A stretch of 40,566 nt of DNA, from assembly GCA_021777565.1 (NCBI GenBank), contig JAJYDJ010000004.1:100077-140642 (forward strand), in the 5' to 3' direction. The translations under genes were made by a program, and so were the position numbers. The stretch comes from a bacterium (lineage in GTDB: Bacteria > Patescibacteriota > Microgenomatia > Levybacterales > UBA12049). The first letter of the stretch is position 1. Each line of letters begins with the position of its first letter. Positions 34,721 to 40,566 of this stretch are shown here, piece after piece. The notes under the pieces were generated by a model. That model was given only the letters and a program-made list of their open reading frames with translations. It ran no database searches and was not told the DNA's origin.

Positions 34721-35471
34721 AAAGCTCTAGCACCACGGGACAATGATCTGATCCAAAGACATCGTGCCTGATCACTGCACTGGTCACTTTTTTGGTAAGC
34801 TCAGGGGAGGTAAGAAAATAATCAAACCGTATACCTTGATTGCGGCCTCTAGTTGGGTCTTTCAAATTCCACCAAGAATAGTGCCCTTTTTCTTTTTCAA
34901 ACAGTCGAAACGTGTCACTCATTCCAAGGGCTACAAGTCGATCCATCCAAGCACGCTCGTCATTCAAAAATCCTGAATGATTCGTCAGTGTTGCATCAAA
35001 AATATCAAGCGGCGTATGGGCGACATTCAGATCGCCACCCATAACGACGTGTTTGTTTTCCGAAAGCAGCTTCGCAATACGATGTTCAATCGCGTCATAA
35101 AATCGATATTTAAATGACAATCGGTCAGGATTGCCTCCATTTGGCGTATACCAATTGATAATATGGGTATCACCCATCACTGCCTCAATCGTACGCCCTT
35201 CACTATCAAGCAGTTCGTCCCCAACCCGAGCCGTCACCTCTAAGGGGAGTGTCTTCTTCCAATACAATGCTGTGCCAGAATAGCCCGCTTTTTCTGATGG
35301 ATTAAATATGACCTCATAGCCATCAACCAGCTGGAGAAAAAATGAAAGATCGTGGGGGAATGCCCGCAGCTCCTGAATCATCATGACATCAGGCTGTTCG
35401 CTCTCCATAAAACGCAAAAAAGCATCTTCAGCATTTCTCAAACTATTTACGTTCCAGGAGACAAGTCGCAT
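34710..35471 (-). CDS. xth: Exodeoxyribonuclease III / AP endonuclease
   Basis: SWNVNS, QE, GYSG, Y.PNG, GDLNVAH, YSWW, R.DY, SDHCPV. Confidence 0.95.
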   Translation of the reverse strand: MRLVSWNVNSLRNAEDAFLRFMESEQPDVMMIQELRAFPHDLSFFLQLVDGYEVIFNPSEKAGYSGTALYWKKTLPLEVTARVGDELLDSEGRTIEAVMGDTHIINWYTPNGGNPDRLSFKYRFYDAIEHRIAKLLSENKHVVMGGDLNVAHTPLDIFDATLTNHSGFLNDERAWMDRLVALGMSDTFRLFEKEKGHYSWWNLKDPTRGRNQGIRFDYFLTSPELTKKVTSAVIRHDVFGSDHCPVVLELSTV

Positions 35472-35480
35472 GGTATCTTA

Positions 35481-36062
35481 TTATGCAAGGTTCACCAGGG
35501 GTTCACAAGTCACCGTTCCATTCTCGAGGGAGATGGGTCTGATCGTACCTTCTTTTTGGTATTCTGGATCTGATGTATTTCCTGATTCATGCATATTTTC
35601 TTGATCAAGTGGATGATCTGTCAGAGAACAATACAATGTCCAGAGGGGATGTCCATGAGAGACGATAACAACATTTTCTGTTTCATCCTTGATCATTTCA
35701 TCCCAAAACGCGCGCATACGTTTCTCTTGATCAATCAAATTTTCGCCCCCAAGCTCTTCCAAATGTCCATAATTATCATGCCAATCGACACCATGGTCGT
35801 ATCTCATCCCTTGATACGCACACGACGTCTCGACGAGACGAATATCTTTTATAGGGGAGATACTCTCTCGTGAAATAATTTCCGCCGTCTGAACCGCACG
35901 GTAGACAGGGCTTGTATAAATCTTCGTGATGTTTTTATCAGCAAAAAAATCTCTCAACTTTTCTGCCTGTTCAGTTCCTTTTGGGGATAGTTGTACCGGG
36001 AGTCTCCCCGGGATCCACTTTCCAGAATCTATGTAGTCACAATGCCTCACCAGATAAATCAT
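35481..36062 (-). CDS. Histidine phosphatase family protein
   Basis: IYLVRHC (RHG variant), LS..G..QA, SP..RA.QTA, VSHG. Confidence 0.88.
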   Translation of the reverse strand: MIYLVRHCDYIDSGKWIPGRLPVQLSPKGTEQAEKLRDFFADKNITKIYTSPVYRAVQTAEIISRESISPIKDIRLVETSCAYQGMRYDHGVDWHDNYGHLEELGGENLIDQEKRMRAFWDEMIKDETENVVIVSHGHPLWTLYCSLTDHPLDQENMHESGNTSDPEYQKEGTIRPISLENGTVTCEPLVNLA

Positions 36063-36240
36063 CTTCTCTATTGTAGAACATAGTGGCAGATCTGTCTATC
36101 AGGGCAAGATGTCGTTTGGCACATGACAGATAGTCCTTTACAAGTCACAAAAGGGGAGTATAATGAATGTGTTATTAACAGTTAGAGAGCCTCAGCGCTG
36201 GCTTCATAAGACCCTCCTCGCTAATAACAGGAATCTATTT

Positions 36241-40470
<4,230 letters not shown>

Positions 40471-40473
40471 GTT

Positions 40474-40566
40474 ATGGCAAGTGAGACCATTCTTGACGAG
40501 CAAGAATTGGCGAGTATCCCACAAGGTGATCGATGTGTTCACTACGCTACCGTTCCTGATCAATTT
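40474..40566 (+). CDS. 5' end (partial) of an unidentified ORF
   Basis: ATG 3 nt after the gpmI stop; MASETILDEQELASIPQGDRCVHYATVPDQF stays open to the window end. Confidence 0.45.
   Translation, partial: MASETILDEQELASIPQGDRCVHYATVPDQF

Noticed and set aside
36163-36240. N-terminal extension of pyruvate kinase
   Set aside because: That ATG overlaps the -10 box, and homology starts at MKNTKIVATLGP.

Overview
Chromosomal window that looks like a small-genome Patescibacteria/CPR (Microgenomates-like) bacterium. This is an inference from the many leaderless promoters, the DUF5659-type element and the gene content. The backbone carries the 3' end of a CCA-adding/HD enzyme, a HAD hydrolase, a plsY-fakA-fakB-plsY fatty-acid salvage cluster, GT39, ridA, dsbA, a DD-carboxypeptidase, obgE, xth and pyk-eno-gpmI, plus tRNA-Gly, -Arg, -Pro and -Leu. 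An AT-richer ~16.7 kb element (5943-22663) is integrated at tRNA-Arg(TCT) by a large serine recombinase whose C-terminus crosses the att site. Its cargo is the most striking part: two paralogous divergent Pol-beta nucleotidyltransferases, an NDK-like protein, an APH-like kinase, a phosphoribosyltransferase, a HIT-like protein, an alkaline phosphodiesterase, an HD hydrolase and a HelD-like helicase. I do not recognise this as a described system; it may make, use and degrade a non-canonical nucleotide. Non-coding highlights are a ~62 nt promoter-to-terminator RNA of three GCAA-tetraloop hairpins (232-293, minus), a 105 nt tRNA-like RNA with an expanded anticodon arm and its own promoter (22749-22853), and a long GNRA hairpin leader before a small membrane protein. 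All calls come from reading motifs by eye; no searches were run.
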